Assembly (NCBI GenBank): GCA_963810095.1
Contig: CAWEMM010000002.1
Coordinates: 292,414 to 356,413 of the forward strand
From: an uncultured Chloroflexia bacterium
GTDB taxonomy: Bacteria; Chloroflexota; Anaerolineae; CG2-30-64-16
Reading direction: 5' to 3'
Length of the DNA stretch: 64,000 nt
The number at the start of each line of letters is the position of its first letter. Positions within the stretch are counted from its first letter, which is position 1. A program made the position numbers and the translations under genes. Positions 41,709 to 52,632 of this stretch are shown piece by piece. A model generated the notes under the pieces. The model searched no databases, was not told where the DNA came from, and saw only the letters and a list, made by a program, of their open reading frames with translations.

Positions 41709-44304
41709 ATGAATAACGAGATCACAGCGAACCCGAATCACGTCGGGATTGTGCGGCCCATCAGCATCGACGACGAGATGCGCGGCTCTTACCTCGATTA
41801 CGCCATGAGCGTCATCGTCGCGCGCGCACTCCCCGATGCCCGTGACGGTCTGAAACCGGTGCAGCGCCGCATTCTGTACGCGATGCACGACATGGGCTCG
41901 CGTGCCGGCACCCCCTACCGCAAGTCGGCTCGTATCGTCGGCGAGGTCCTCGGCAAGTACCATCCGCACGGCGACTCGGCTGTGTACGACGCCATGGCCC
42001 GCATGGCGCAAGACTTCAGCTTGCGCTACCCCTTGGTCGACGGCCAGGGCAACTTTGGCTCTGTCGACGGTGATTCACCCGCGGCGATGCGGTACACCGA
42101 AGCGCGCCTGGCTCGGATATCTGAGTCGCTGCTTCTCGACATCGACAAGGAAACGGTCGACTGGATCGACAACTTCGACGGCAGCCTGCAGGAGCCAACC
42201 GTCTTGCCCGCGCTGCTGCCCAACCTGCTGCTTAACGGCAACAGTGGCATCGCCGTGGGCATGGCAACAAACATCCCACCGCACAACTTGTCGGAGGTCA
42301 TCGACGCGATCGTTCACCTGATCGACCACTGGACCCAGCTCGAAGATATCACCGTCGAAGAGCTGATGCAGTTCATCCAGGGCCCCGACTTTCCGACCGG
42401 TGGGTTGGTGCTGGGCCGCGAGGAAATCAAGTTGGCGTATGGCTCGGGGAAGGGCCGCATCACGATGCGGGCACGGGCGCGCATCGAGGAGATGAACGGC
42501 GGCCGCCACCGGATCATCGTCAGCGAAATCCCCTACCAGCTCAACAAGAGCACTCTCATCGAGCGCATCGCCGAACTCGTGCGCGACGGCCGGATCAGCG
42601 ACATCAGCGACCTGCGCGACGAGTCGGACCGCACCGGCATGCGCATCGTCATCGAGCTCAAGCGGGCCGCCGCACCGCGCAAGACGCTGAACCGTCTCTT
42701 CAAATACACGCCGCTGCAGAGCACGTTCGGCGTGAACATGCTGGCGCTGGTCGACGGCGAGCCCCGCCTGCTCAGTCTGAAGCGCGCGCTCCAGCTCTAC
42801 ATCGACCACCGCATCGAAGTCATTACGCGGCGCACGAACCATCTGCTGCGCGTCGCGCGCGAGCGCCAGCACATCCTGGAAGGCTTGCGCATCGCACTGC
42901 AGTTCCTGGATGAGGTCGTCCGGATTATCCGTAACGCGGCGAGCGCAGAAGAAGCGAAGGGCCAGCTCATCGAGCGGTTCAACCTGAGCGAGCGCCAGGC
43001 CCAGGCCATCCTCGACATGCAGCTGCGCCGGCTGGCCAGCCTCGAGCGCCAGAAGATCGAGGATGAGTACCAGGAGCTGGTGAAGCAGATCGCGTACTAC
43101 GAGTCGCTGCTGGCCGACCCCACGCTGATGCTGGGCGTGATCCGGGACGAGGTGTTGGGCCTCAAGGAGAAGTTTGCGGACAAGCGGCGCACCGAGATCG
43201 TCGCCGAGGCCGCCGAGGGCTTCTCGGAAGAAGACCTGATTCGCCAGGAAGCAGTGCTGATCAGCGTGACCGAGGGCAGCTACATCAAGCGCACGCCACT
43301 GACGGCCTACCGCGCGCAGAAACGCGGCGGCCGTGGCGTCCAGGGTATGCGCTTCAAGGACGAGGACATCGTCGTTGACCTGCTCTCGAGCGCGCACGCT
43401 GGACCACATGCTCTTCTTCACCGATCGCGGCCGGGTCTACGGGCAACGGGTCTTCAACCTGCCCGAGTCGGCGCGTGACGGACGCGGCCAGCACCTGGTC
43501 AACATACTCAACCTGGCGGCCGACGAGCGCGTGACTGCCATCCTGGTGGTGCCCGACTTCGAACAGGCCGAGTATGTCACGCTTCTCACCCGGCGAGGCA
43601 AGATCAAGCGCATGCAGTTGAGCGAGTTCAACGACGTCCGGCCCAGCGGCATCATTGCCATGAACCTGGGCCCGGGCGACGAGCTGCGCTGGGCTCGTCT
43701 GACGGGCGGCAAGGACGACTTCCTGATCGTGACGGCCGCGGGCAAGGCGTGTCGCTTCGCGGAGCGTGAGGTGCGCCCGATGGGCCGAACGGCCGCCGGC
43801 GTAATGGCGATCCGGCTGGCCGAGGAAGACATGATCGCGGCGTTCGACGTGGCCGAGTCAGACTGTGAGCTGCTGGTCGTCACCGAGCTTGGATACGGCA
43901 AGCGCAGCCCAATGAGCGAGTTCCCCGTGCACGGGCGCAACTCGCAAGGCGTGTGGGCGTTGGACCACCAAAAGATCGACGAAACGGGTAAGGTTGCCGC
44001 GGCGCACGTGGTGCACAGCGACGATCAGGTCACAATTATCACGTCCAACGGCATCATCATCCGGACCGTCGTGAAGGAAATCCGCCAGGCAAGCCGCGCC
44101 AGCAAGGGCGTACGGGTGGTCACCCCGGGCGAGGGTGATGCGGTCAGGGCGATGGCGCGGCTCTCGGCCGCCATCGAGGCGAAGGCTTCGGCCGAAGCCG
44201 AAGCCGATGCCGCCCGCAGCATCACGCCCCAGCCCGGCACGGCGCTCGTCCCTGCCGTGCCCGCCAATGGGGATGGCAACGAGGCCGAGGAGCCGGTCAC
44301 TTAG
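41709..44304 (+). CDS. gyrA: DNA gyrase subunit A (frameshift ~43390)
   Basis: [22 protein letters not shown], GyrA-box QKRGGRG; beta-pinwheel repeats continue in ORF 43333..44304. Confidence 0.95.
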
Positions 44305-44319
44305 TTGGAGGTTAGCGCA

Positions 44320-45699
44320 GTGTCCTCTCTTGCCTCCATCGTCCGACGCGGGACCCTATACGTAGACGTCATGCCCGAGCCGACCGCGCTTGGGCTGGCG
44401 GAGTCGCTGGTCGCGTTCGCCAACACGGAGGGCGGCACAGTCCTTCTCGGCGTGGACGAGAAGGGTGAAATCCGCCCTGGGCTGGAGATGGACGACGTCG
44501 ACAACCTCCTGCGCGGCGCGCTCGCGTGGTGTCGCCCGATCATCCGTACTGAGATCGACCACATCGAAGACCGCGAGGGCTTGGCCGTCGCGATCGGCGT
44601 TGCCAAGGGGAACGAGCTTTTCAGCCTGGCCGACGGTCGCTTCCTGGCTCGGACGAGCGAGGGCAACGTGCCCCTGGATGCGCGGCGCGTCGTGTACATG
44701 GCGGCCAGCAAGGCCAGTCTCGACTTCGAGCAAGAGGTCGTGGCCGGGGCCACGTGGGACGATCTCGACGCGAAGGTGATCGACGAGTACCTGAGGAAAC
44801 GCGAGGCGCGCGCCGGCCGTAAGGTGGGCGAGACCGCACAGGATGCCCTCCGTTCGCTCGGCGCCGTCACAGGGGGTGGCGAGGTCACGGTGGTCGGCAT
44901 CCTGCTGTTCGGCAAGGACCCCCAGGCATTCCTGCCGCAAAGCGGCATCACGTATGTCCGGTTCAGCGGGAAGGAACCCCAGTCGGAGCATATCATCCGC
45001 AAGGACTTCACCGGACCGTTGGCCGACATGATCGAGCAAGTTTCCCAGGTGCTGAAGCCCCAGTTGCAGGCGAGCGCGGTCGTGCGGGGGCTGACGCGGC
45101 AGGAGAACTACATCCTGCCCCTTGACGCGATCCGCGAAGCGTTCGTCAACGCCGTCTCACACCGGGAGTACCAGATTCGGGGCCGTCGTATCGAGCTGCG
45201 CCAGTTCGAGGACCGGCTGGAGATCATCAGCCCGGGCAGCCTGCCCGCCTACATTACGCTGGACAATATGGTCGAGGAGCACTTTTCGCGCAACTCGCGG
45301 ATCGTGCGCGGCCTGTATCACTGGGCGTACATCGAAGAGTTAGGGCTGGGGGTCGACCGCATGTATTCGCGAATGGCCGAAGAGGGCCATCCCCAGCCGG
45401 AGTTCCAGGCGACACGCGACACCGTGACAGTTACCTTGCGCCGCGGCATCGGCATCCGGCCGCCCTTGCGCTTCGCCGGCGCGGAAGACGAGCGCCTGAA
45501 CGAGCGCCAGATCAAGGCAATCCAGTACCTGCGCCAGAACACCCGCATCACGAACAAGGACCTGCGCGACCTCTGCCCCGACGTCACGGCCGAGACGCTG
45601 CGGCTGGACATGGCCGACCTGGTGGACAAGGGCGTGGTGATCAAGATCGGGGATAAACGCGGAACGTTCTACATGCTGAAGCTGGATAATCCCAAGTAG
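44320..45699 (+). CDS. AlbA_2/Schlafen-like domain + RecG-C-type HATPase domain + winged-helix protein
   Basis: LVAFANTEGGTVLLGVDE, AIREAFVNAVSHREY, EIISPG, SRN, EELGLGV, C-terminal HTH. Confidence 0.8.
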   Translation: MSSLASIVRRGTLYVDVMPEPTALGLAESLVAFANTEGGTVLLGVDEKGEIRPGLEMDDVDNLLRGALAWCRPIIRTEIDHIEDREGLAVAIGVAKGNELFSLADGRFLARTSEGNVPLDARRVVYMAASKASLDFEQEVVAGATWDDLDAKVIDEYLRKREARAGRKVGETAQDALRSLGAVTGGGEVTVVGILLFGKDPQAFLPQSGITYVRFSGKEPQSEHIIRKDFTGPLADMIEQVSQVLKPQLQASAVVRGLTRQENYILPLDAIREAFVNAVSHREYQIRGRRIELRQFEDRLEIISPGSLPAYITLDNMVEEHFSRNSRIVRGLYHWAYIEELGLGVDRMYSRMAEEGHPQPEFQATRDTVTVTLRRGIGIRPPLRFAGAEDERLNERQIKAIQYLRQNTRITNKDLRDLCPDVTAETLRLDMADLVDKGVVIKIGDKRGTFYMLKLDNPK

Positions 45700-45753
45700 T
45701 TATCCCAAATGGGATTTGGGATACTTGGGATATTTGGGATATCCCCCGAAGCG

Positions 45754-46564
45754 CTACGCGGACAAACGCCCGTCGCTCCATTCCGCCCGTCGCACGGGTT
45801 GCGACTGGCCCACCAGCCGGGCCAAGGCAGCCGCAAAGCGAGCCGGGTCGCCTGTCGTAAAGAAGGTGTTCTCCACCGGCGCCTCGCCTGCCGCCAGCCA
45901 GCCCTGCTGTAACAGCACCCGCGCCGTCTGCCGCGCCACGGCGGGCGCCGGGTCGATGATCTCGATCCCGGGACCTGCCATTTCCTCGATCAATGGCCGC
46001 AGGAAGGGATAGTGCGTGCATCCCAGCACGAGCTCGTCCACCCCCGCCTCCACGAGAGGGCCGACGTACCTGCGCACCGCATCCCGCGTCCGCTCGCCGT
46101 CCAACTCCCCGGCTTCGACCAGCGGCACAAGGTCAGGACACACCTGGGTGTGCACGGTCACTTCCTTGCCGAACCGGTCGACCAGGCTGGCGAACAGTTC
46201 GCCCTGGAACGTTGCGGGCGTGGCCATGACGCCCACGTGCCGCGTGCCGCGTTCGCTCTGCGGCAGGCTTTACGGCGGGCTCCATGCCCACGAAAGGGAT
46301 GGCCGGATACCTCTGCCGCAGCCAGTGCAGCGCGGCGGCGGAGGCCGTGTTGCAGGCCACTACGATGACCCCGCTGCCCTGCCCGAGCAGGAACTGCGTG
46401 ATGCCATCCGACAGCGCCCGGATCTCGTCCAGCGAGCGCTGCCCGTAGGGCGCGTGGGCCTGGTCTGCCAGGTAGACCAGCGGCTGCCCGGGCATCTGCG
46501 CGAGCATTTCGCGCACCACCGACAGCCCCCCGACCCCCGAATCAAACACCCCTACCCGCGTCAT
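45754..46564 (-). CDS. murI: Glutamate racemase (frameshift ~46260)
   Basis: GVFDSGVGGLSV, PYG, VVACNTAS, LVLGCTHYP. Confidence 0.92.
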
Positions 46565-46676
46565 TCGTTGTTATCCTCATTGCCGGCCAGCAATGGCTCG
46601 CAGATCGAACATGATCGAAGTGATTCGCATGATTCTATCTGAAAAAGATCATGCAAATCAGCTCAAGCCAGTTCAA

Positions 46677-47462
46677 TCAGTGTGCCATTCCAAGGTTCAT
46701 TATCGCGCAGTCCCGCTTGCACGCCGCGACGAATGCCTCGAAGACGCGGCGGGCACAGGTGTCCGTGCGGAACATGCCTTCCGGGTGCCACTGCACGGCC
46801 ACCACGAAGGGCTTTGCCGGGTGCTCGATGGCCTCCACGATCCCGTCGGGCGCCCAGGCCGTCGGTTGAAAGCCCGGCGCGACGTCCTTGAGCGATTGGT
46901 GGTGAAAGCTGTTCGTCTGCAGCGTGGCTGCCCCAACCATCTGGCCCAGCCGGCTCTCGGGTTCGACGCGCACCTCGTGCGTCGGCGTGTCCCACGCGCT
47001 CTCCTGGAGGTGGTAATTGTGCCGCCCAGCCTCGGGCACCTGTGCGGGGATGTGCTGGTACAGGCTGCCACCCGCCGCGACGTTCAGCAGCTGGATGCCC
47101 CGGCAGATGCCCAGCACGGGTAGGTCCGCTTCGAGCGCCCAGCGCGCGAGGGTCAGCTCCGTGTGGTCGCGTGGCCGGTCTACCGCCCCCAACTGCGGGT
47201 GACGTTCCTCGCCGTACTCGGCCGGGTCCACGTCGACGCCGCCGGGCAGGCACAGGCCATCCAGCCGCTCGAAGATGGCCCGCAGCGTCTCCAGCGGAAG
47301 GTTGAGCGGGATGACGAGCGGCAGCGCGCCGCACGCGGACAGCGCAGCCGGGTAGTGCCCGTTGAAGCGATACGTCGGGGTCGCGCTGTATTCCTGGTCG
47401 ACGTAGCTGGCCGCCGGGATGCCGATCAGCGGCGCCGAGCCATCTGGTTGAGATAAGATCAT
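46677..47462 (-). CDS. Gamma-glutamyl-gamma-aminobutyrate hydrolase family (peptidase C26, PuuD-like)
   Basis: GGVDVDP, LGICRGIQ, NSFHHQ, VQWHPE. Confidence 0.88.
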   Translation of the reverse strand: MILSQPDGSAPLIGIPAASYVDQEYSATPTYRFNGHYPAALSACGALPLVIPLNLPLETLRAIFERLDGLCLPGGVDVDPAEYGEERHPQLGAVDRPRDHTELTLARWALEADLPVLGICRGIQLLNVAAGGSLYQHIPAQVPEAGRHNYHLQESAWDTPTHEVRVEPESRLGQMVGAATLQTNSFHHQSLKDVAPGFQPTAWAPDGIVEAIEHPAKPFVVAVQWHPEGMFRTDTCARRVFEAFVAACKRDCAIMNLGMAH

Positions 47463-47782
47463 GTCCACGCACTCCTGGTATTGACCCGTCCCGGTCACGT
47501 GCCCCGCACTGCTGCTTCTGCCTGAACCCGTCTCTGACGAACCCGGCCCGCGGCCCACATTCGACCGTTGCCCGGCGAACCCGCCGCCCCCCGAGAACGT
47601 TTGGGGGTCGAGGGGGCGCAGCCCCTCGTCGGGGGTGTCGGGGACCGTCCGGTTCCCAACTAACGGGAACGCCCTCGTCAGGGGCCGGAGGGCTGGACGG
47701 TAACAACAGAACAAAGAAAGCGCCGCACATGGCCGCCCGCGCGGCACCATGTACGGCGTAATGCCCTCATGCGGGGCGCGTC

Positions 47783-48241
47783 TTATGCCGGTTCCTTGCT
47801 CCGCTCAACAATGACCGAAATAACCGCCGTGAGCCCGCCGCCGAAACGCAGGGTGACGTCATGGCGGCCAAGTGCCTTAATGGGGTGCTCCATCCCGACG
47901 ATACGCTTGTCGATGGCCAGCCCCGTGCTCTTTGCCAGCGCCTCGGCCACGTCCTGCGCCGTGATCGAGCCGTACAGCCGGTCGCCCTCGCCCGAGCGCG
48001 CCTTGAGCACGACAGTTTGGCCCTGGAGCTTCGCAGCCAGGTTCTTGGCCTCGTTGGCTTTCTTCTCGACCTTGCGGGTTTCGGCGGCCTTGACCTGCTG
48101 CGCCACCTTGACGCTGCCCTCGGTCGCCGGTTCTGCGAGCTTGTTGGGGAACAGGTAGTTGGACGCGTATCCGCCGGCCACTTCCTTGATGTCCCCGGCC
48201 TTGCCCAGGCCCTTCACTTCCTTGAGTAGGAGCACGCGCAT
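47783..48241 (-). CDS. rplI: 50S ribosomal protein L9
   Basis: VLLLKEVKGLGKAGDIKEVAGGYASNYLFP, RLYGSIT, PIKALG. Confidence 0.95.
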   Translation of the reverse strand: MRVLLLKEVKGLGKAGDIKEVAGGYASNYLFPNKLAEPATEGSVKVAQQVKAAETRKVEKKANEAKNLAAKLQGQTVVLKARSGEGDRLYGSITAQDVAEALAKSTGLAIDKRIVGMEHPIKALGRHDVTLRFGGGLTAVISVIVERSKEPA

Positions 48242-48364
48242 TGCCTTTTCTCCCTCGATTAGGTCCCGGCCCGCTCGTGTCTGATCGTAGATCGACTGCA
48301 GCGGGGCCCAGACGCATTGTTAGCGTGCCCATTATAGCATAGAGGTCGTGAGGACGTCGACCGC

Positions 48365-48553
48365 TCAGCCGCCCCATGCCCCGTGATAGTAGCGCCACTC
48401 GGGATCGAAGTTTTCCGGGTGCATCACGGAGCGTGAAGCTTGCTCGGCCTTGGCGTGCGCGTCTTTGGGGTGCGCCGTTTCCTTGCCTTTCACCTGCTGC
48501 GGCTCGTCGGATGCCCGCTTCGGCGGTTCGGCGGCGTGCTGTTGTTGGTTCAT
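48365..48553 (-). CDS. Small hypothetical protein (62 aa)
   Basis: GGAGG RBS before ATG; hydrophilic, ending HPENFDPEWRYYHGAWGG. Confidence 0.45.
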   Translation of the reverse strand: MNQQQHAAEPPKRASDEPQQVKGKETAHPKDAHAKAEQASRSVMHPENFDPEWRYYHGAWGG

Positions 48554-48611
48554 AGGTTCCTCCAGAGGATTGCCTCGTCGGGTCGGTGGCTGAATGGCGG
48601 GAGTCGCCCTC

Positions 48612-48790
48612 ACAAAAAAGGCGGAGTCTCCCGTTTGGAAGGCCCCGCCTGAGTGATGCAGGTCTACGTCGTCCTGTCGCTTGCGCTAACCTCTGCCGAA
48701 CGGGAGTCGCTCCTTGTCGCCAAGGAGCGTAATAAGTGCCAGGACGCTAACCCGGTTCGGCTGCATGATCGACTTCCTGCTTCTTTCGTT
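48612..48790 (-). ncRNA. Unidentified structured leader/ncRNA ending in an intrinsic terminator
   Basis: Promoter TTGACA(48818-23)-N17-TAGCTT; stems ATGCAG/CTGCAT, CGTCCTG/CAGGACG, CGCTCCTTG-GCGA-CAAGGAGCG; terminator AGGCGGGG...CTCCGCC followed by U6. Confidence 0.6.
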
Positions 48791-48905
48791 GCGAAAGCTA
48801 TCACAGCTTGCGCCGTGTGTCAAAACACGCAAAAGTCCGAAGGCTACCGCCCGGTTCGTTAAGGTCTTCTGGCCGGCCCGTGGAGAACCGTGTTATCATG
48901 GCCCC

Positions 48906-50076
48906 ATGTCCCGCTCGCTCACTGCCTGGCTGCTCAACCCCTACAACACCGGCTCGCACAAGGCCTGGGCCGAGGGCTACGCTGCGCACAGTGCGCATCG
49001 TGTGCGCGTCCTCTCGATGCAAGGGTACTTTTGGAAGTGGCGGATGCACGGGGGCGCACTCGAACTTGCCCAACAGGCGCGGGCTGCGCTCGCAGCAGGG
49101 GAGCGCCCCGACGTCGTCGTTGCCACCAGCATGACTAACGTGCCCGCGTTTCTGGCCCTCATGCGCCGGCAGTTGGGCGGCGTGCCGCTGCTCCTCTACA
49201 TGCACGAGAACCAGCTGACCTATCCCGTGGCGCCCGGCGCGAAGCGCGACCTGACCTACGGGATGATGCAGCATCTGTCGATGCTTGCGGCCGACGCCGT
49301 CCGCTTCAACTCGGCCTATCACATGCGGTCGTGGTTCGACGAGCTGCCCCGGCTGCTCAAGCACTTCCCCGACTACACGCACCTCGAAAGCATCGAGGCG
49401 GCGCGCGCCATGTCGGCCGTGCTACCCGTCGGCTGCGACCTCCGCCGGCTGGACCAGTACGAGGCATTCGCCGCAGGTCAGGGTGCTGAGCGGCGCGAAC
49501 CGCACGGGAGCCAAGTCGAAGGAGGCCCGGTGGGCGGTCCGCTGGTGCTGTGGAATCAGCGCTGGGAGTACGACAAGGACCCCGAGACGATGCTGCGGGC
49601 GCTGTACACCCTGGCCGGCGAGGGGCTGCCGTTTCGGGTCGCACTGGCGGGCGAGAGCTTTCCGCGTGCAGCCATCGGAGTTCGAGGCTGCACGCGAGCG
49701 GCTGGGCGACCGGTTGGTCCACTACGGGTATGCCGAGAGTGAGGCCGACTACGCGCGGCTCTTGTGGTCGGCAGACGTCGTGCTGAGCACCGCTATCCAC
49801 GAGTTCTTCGGCGTAAGCGTGGTCGAGGCGCTGCACTGCGGCGCATGGCCCGTCTTGCCGCGGCGCCTCAGCTACCCGGAGCTGCTGCCGGCCGAGCTGC
49901 ACGATGCGTGCCTGTACGAGGACTTTGCGGGATTGGTCGCCCGCCTGCGGGAAGCGGTCACAGCCAGCGCTCGAAGTGAGCATCCCGGGTGTGATGCGGC
50001 CCGCCGCCACGTCGCTCGCTTTGACTGGGCCGTGCAGGCGCCCGACTACGACCGCCTGCTGCTCAGCATGGCTTAG
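48906..50076 (+). CDS. DUF3524 + GT4 glycosyltransferase (GTDC1/QTMAN-like), frameshift ~49660
   Basis: [58 protein letters not shown]. Confidence 0.8.
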
Positions 50077-50407
50077 CGCTGCCCTCGGCTGATAGGATTT
50101 CCACCCGCTCCGCTTGTATGCCGCGCGCTCCCTCGCCCAGCGCAAACTCGACAAGCTGACCCGCGCAAGGCGACTGGCCCTCGGCTAATGCCGATTTATG
50201 CAGGAATACGTCGGCGCCCTGCGCTGTCGTGATGAACCCGTAGCCCTTCCCGCGGCTGTACCACTTCACGATGCCCCGCTGCCGGCCGGCGGCGGGCGCG
50301 ATTCGCCGGCACATGGGGCAGCGGTCCGGCCGTTCGCCGCGCTCGGTCGCCGTCCAGAGAAAAGGGGTTCTGCAAATCGTACACTTGATGACTTGATCGC
50401 CGTTCAT
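50063..50407 (-). CDS. Zinc-ribbon + cold-shock domain protein
   Basis: CTICRTPF...RCPMCR, then GIVKWY..GKGYGFI...DVFLH. Confidence 0.85.
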   Translation of the reverse strand: MNGDQVIKCTICRTPFLWTATERGERPDRCPMCRRIAPAAGRQRGIVKWYSRGKGYGFITTAQGADVFLHKSALAEGQSPCAGQLVEFALGEGARGIQAERVEILSAEGSAKPC

Positions 50408-50497
50408 TTCGGCTCCGCATTCGGTTTCGAGGGGCGCGCGCCGCGGCGGGCCGCACGAGGAGTATTTCGTCAACAACATGATCAGAGGCGTTGTCTT

Positions 50498-50526
50498 TTG
50501 ACAAGGGTCGGGCCTTAAGCTAGAAT
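50498..50526 (+). promoter_or_regulatory. sigma70 promoter of tRNA-Cys
   Basis: TTGACA-N17-TAGAAT. Confidence 0.7.
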
Positions 50527-50555
50527 GCCTCTCGTTCAAGCGTGCTCAACGCTGC

Positions 50556-50631
<76 letters not shown>

Positions 50632-50681
50632 CAACACCAGGCAAACCTGCCTGGTGTCTTTCTTTAAGCCCCCCCGGGCCG

Positions 50682-51896
50682 TCACACCCGCTCGACCGCC
50701 CGGCCCAGCGCGGCCTTGATTTGGTCCAGGTGCTCCTGCCAGTGCTGGTCGTTCTGCAGCAGGTTGTGCCCGATCCGCCAGTAATTGCCGCGGTGCCCCA
50801 CCAGCTCATCGGGCAGGCGCGCGACCATCGCCTCCGTCTCCCGCAGTGCCTCAGTCACCGCCCGCATCATCGCTTCGACGCTGGCATACACTGCGACCAG
50901 GGCGTCGACCCGTGCGGTCACGCTCGTGGAGTTGGTGTAGCGGTCGGAGAAGCGCTCGTCGTCGTTGATCAGGTCGGCGATCCAGACGTGATTCTCGCGC
51001 TCGGTGGTCACGAGGTGGGCCATGACCTCCAAGGTGCTCCAATTGTGCTCGTCAGGCTTGAGTTTCGCCTGCTCGTCGGACGCGCCTCCCACGGCTTCAT
51101 GCAGCTGCTGCAGGAGCAAGCCGTTCATCTCGCGCAGCGCGGCGGCCAGGTTCACGGGCGCGGCAGGAATCTCGGGCAGCAAGCGGCCCGACAAGGTCGC
51201 AGGGGCTTGCCGGTACTCGCTGCCGCGGTAGAAGCCGAACTCCACCGAGTCGCCTGCGCGCCGGCCCTGCAGGGCGGCCACCAGGCTCGGGTAATCCACC
51301 ACCGGCTGGCCCGCCACGCTCACCAGGACATCGTTCGCCTGCAGCCCGGCTTCTGCCGCGGCCATGCCCGGCATCGCGTTCGTGATCCTGACGCCCGCGG
51401 CTACGGGTACGCCGAGCTCGGCCGCGGCTGCGGGGTTGAAGTCGTCGAGCAGGACGCCGAGCATCGGGCGGCGGGTGTAGCGTAGGTCCTGCCCGGTCTC
51501 GAGAAGCGACTGCAGGTTCTCCAGGGCGGTGCTCCAGCCCCGGGCGAACTCGTCGCGCGGCCGCGCCCAGTCCTCGCCTTCGCCCAGCCCGCTGTGTACC
51601 AGGCGCACGGCGGTCGAGGCATCCTGGGGCTCCAGGTAAACGTTCACCTCGGTGCGCCCCGGGTCGTTGCGGCCCAGCCAGGTGAAGGCGACGCGCCGCT
51701 CCGGGTCGACCGCCGTGTATTCGCCAGCCGTGTAGTAGCCCCGGTTCCACCAGAGGTAGATGCGTCCGCCGGGTCGTGCGTCGGCCAGCGCAACATCGCA
51801 GAGCCAGTCGCGCAGCGGCGTGGCGCGCGTGAACGCGCGGAAAACTTCTGCCGCGGGCGCCGCGACAATCAACTCGTACTCGAGCGCTTCGGACAT
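50682..51896 (-). CDS. SRPBCC(AHSA1) + PDZ + DinB fusion protein
   Basis: VFRAFT...W...RRVAFTW...VRLVH...GWSTALENL; MLGV...AAEAGLQANDVLVSVAG; WSTLEVMAHL...HWQEH. Confidence 0.75.
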   Translation of the reverse strand: MSEALEYELIVAAPAAEVFRAFTRATPLRDWLCDVALADARPGGRIYLWWNRGYYTAGEYTAVDPERRVAFTWLGRNDPGRTEVNVYLEPQDASTAVRLVHSGLGEGEDWARPRDEFARGWSTALENLQSLLETGQDLRYTRRPMLGVLLDDFNPAAAAELGVPVAAGVRITNAMPGMAAAEAGLQANDVLVSVAGQPVVDYPSLVAALQGRRAGDSVEFGFYRGSEYRQAPATLSGRLLPEIPAAPVNLAAALREMNGLLLQQLHEAVGGASDEQAKLKPDEHNWSTLEVMAHLVTTERENHVWIADLINDDERFSDRYTNSTSVTARVDALVAVYASVEAMMRAVTEALRETEAMVARLPDELVGHRGNYWRIGHNLLQNDQHWQEHLDQIKAALGRAVERV

Positions 51897-52170
51897 GGGC
51901 TTCATCTCCTGATCATCAGCCGGTATTATGCGGCATGCACGGCGTGTGTTGCAAGGGGCAAATGACCAAGCGCCTGTGCGCTCTTTGCAAGAGAGTCGTG
52001 AGGAAGTCCACATTTGTATTGTAGGACACATTACGTGCTTGTGGCAGGTGCGGGACGATACTTGTTGTATCGTGAGCATGTAGAGGCAACGGCTGCCGAC
52101 TGGACTCTCTTTTCCGTGGTGATGGGTCGTGCGTTGAATTTTGGCAGGGGTGTGTGGGAGGGCAGACGAT

Positions 52171-52497
52171 ATGGCGACGCGTTGCGAAGTATTGGAACGG
52201 GCGGCGAAACTCAGCCTCCGATTGGAGGCATACCGGATTCCGGACGGCTTCGAAGCGACGGGGAAGCATTGGGAGGTTGTGGCAAAGGTCCGGGACGAGT
52301 ACACGAATTACAGAAAGCTGCTCGACGCTTTGGACGAGTGCCCGGGCGACGACAACCTCACTACGACCGGCCGCTCGGGTTACGACACGGCCCGCGAAAT
52401 CCTCGATACCGAGGCCCGGGAGCTGGCGAAGCGTCTCTACGGGTCGTGGTACGCGCAGCGAAATAAGGTGGCCGGCACGGCATACGCGGCCAAGTGA
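52171..52497 (+). CDS. Hypothetical protein (108 aa)
   Basis: GGAGG RBS before ATG; balanced, protein-like composition; no recognised motif. Confidence 0.45.
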   Translation: MATRCEVLERAAKLSLRLEAYRIPDGFEATGKHWEVVAKVRDEYTNYRKLLDALDECPGDDNLTTTGRSGYDTAREILDTEARELAKRLYGSWYAQRNKVAGTAYAAK

Positions 52498-52632
52498 CAT
52501 TCAGTGTCTGGCCCGAACCTCGTTGGAACGGCCGCGGACCGTGCCCAGCGGGGTTTGGGCGTTACTTTCGCGCCGGCCGCTTGCTAAGTGGGAGATCAAT
52601 TCCCGAACAGGAAGCTCAGCGGCTGGGCCGCT

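Noticed and set aside
39089-42011. Long minus-strand ORFs (749 aa and 889 aa) and similar antisense ORFs elsewhere
   Set aside because: Shadow frames of GC-rich genes on the opposite strand, with no motifs.
41709-44304. parC assignment or a naturally split gyrA
   Set aside because: The GyrA-box QKRGGRG is present and the break at ~43390 is a simple frameshift.
48612-48790. Assignment of the leader RNA to c-di-GMP-II, c-di-AMP, glmS or 6S
   Set aside because: Only short partial resemblances; core consensus elements could not be matched by eye.
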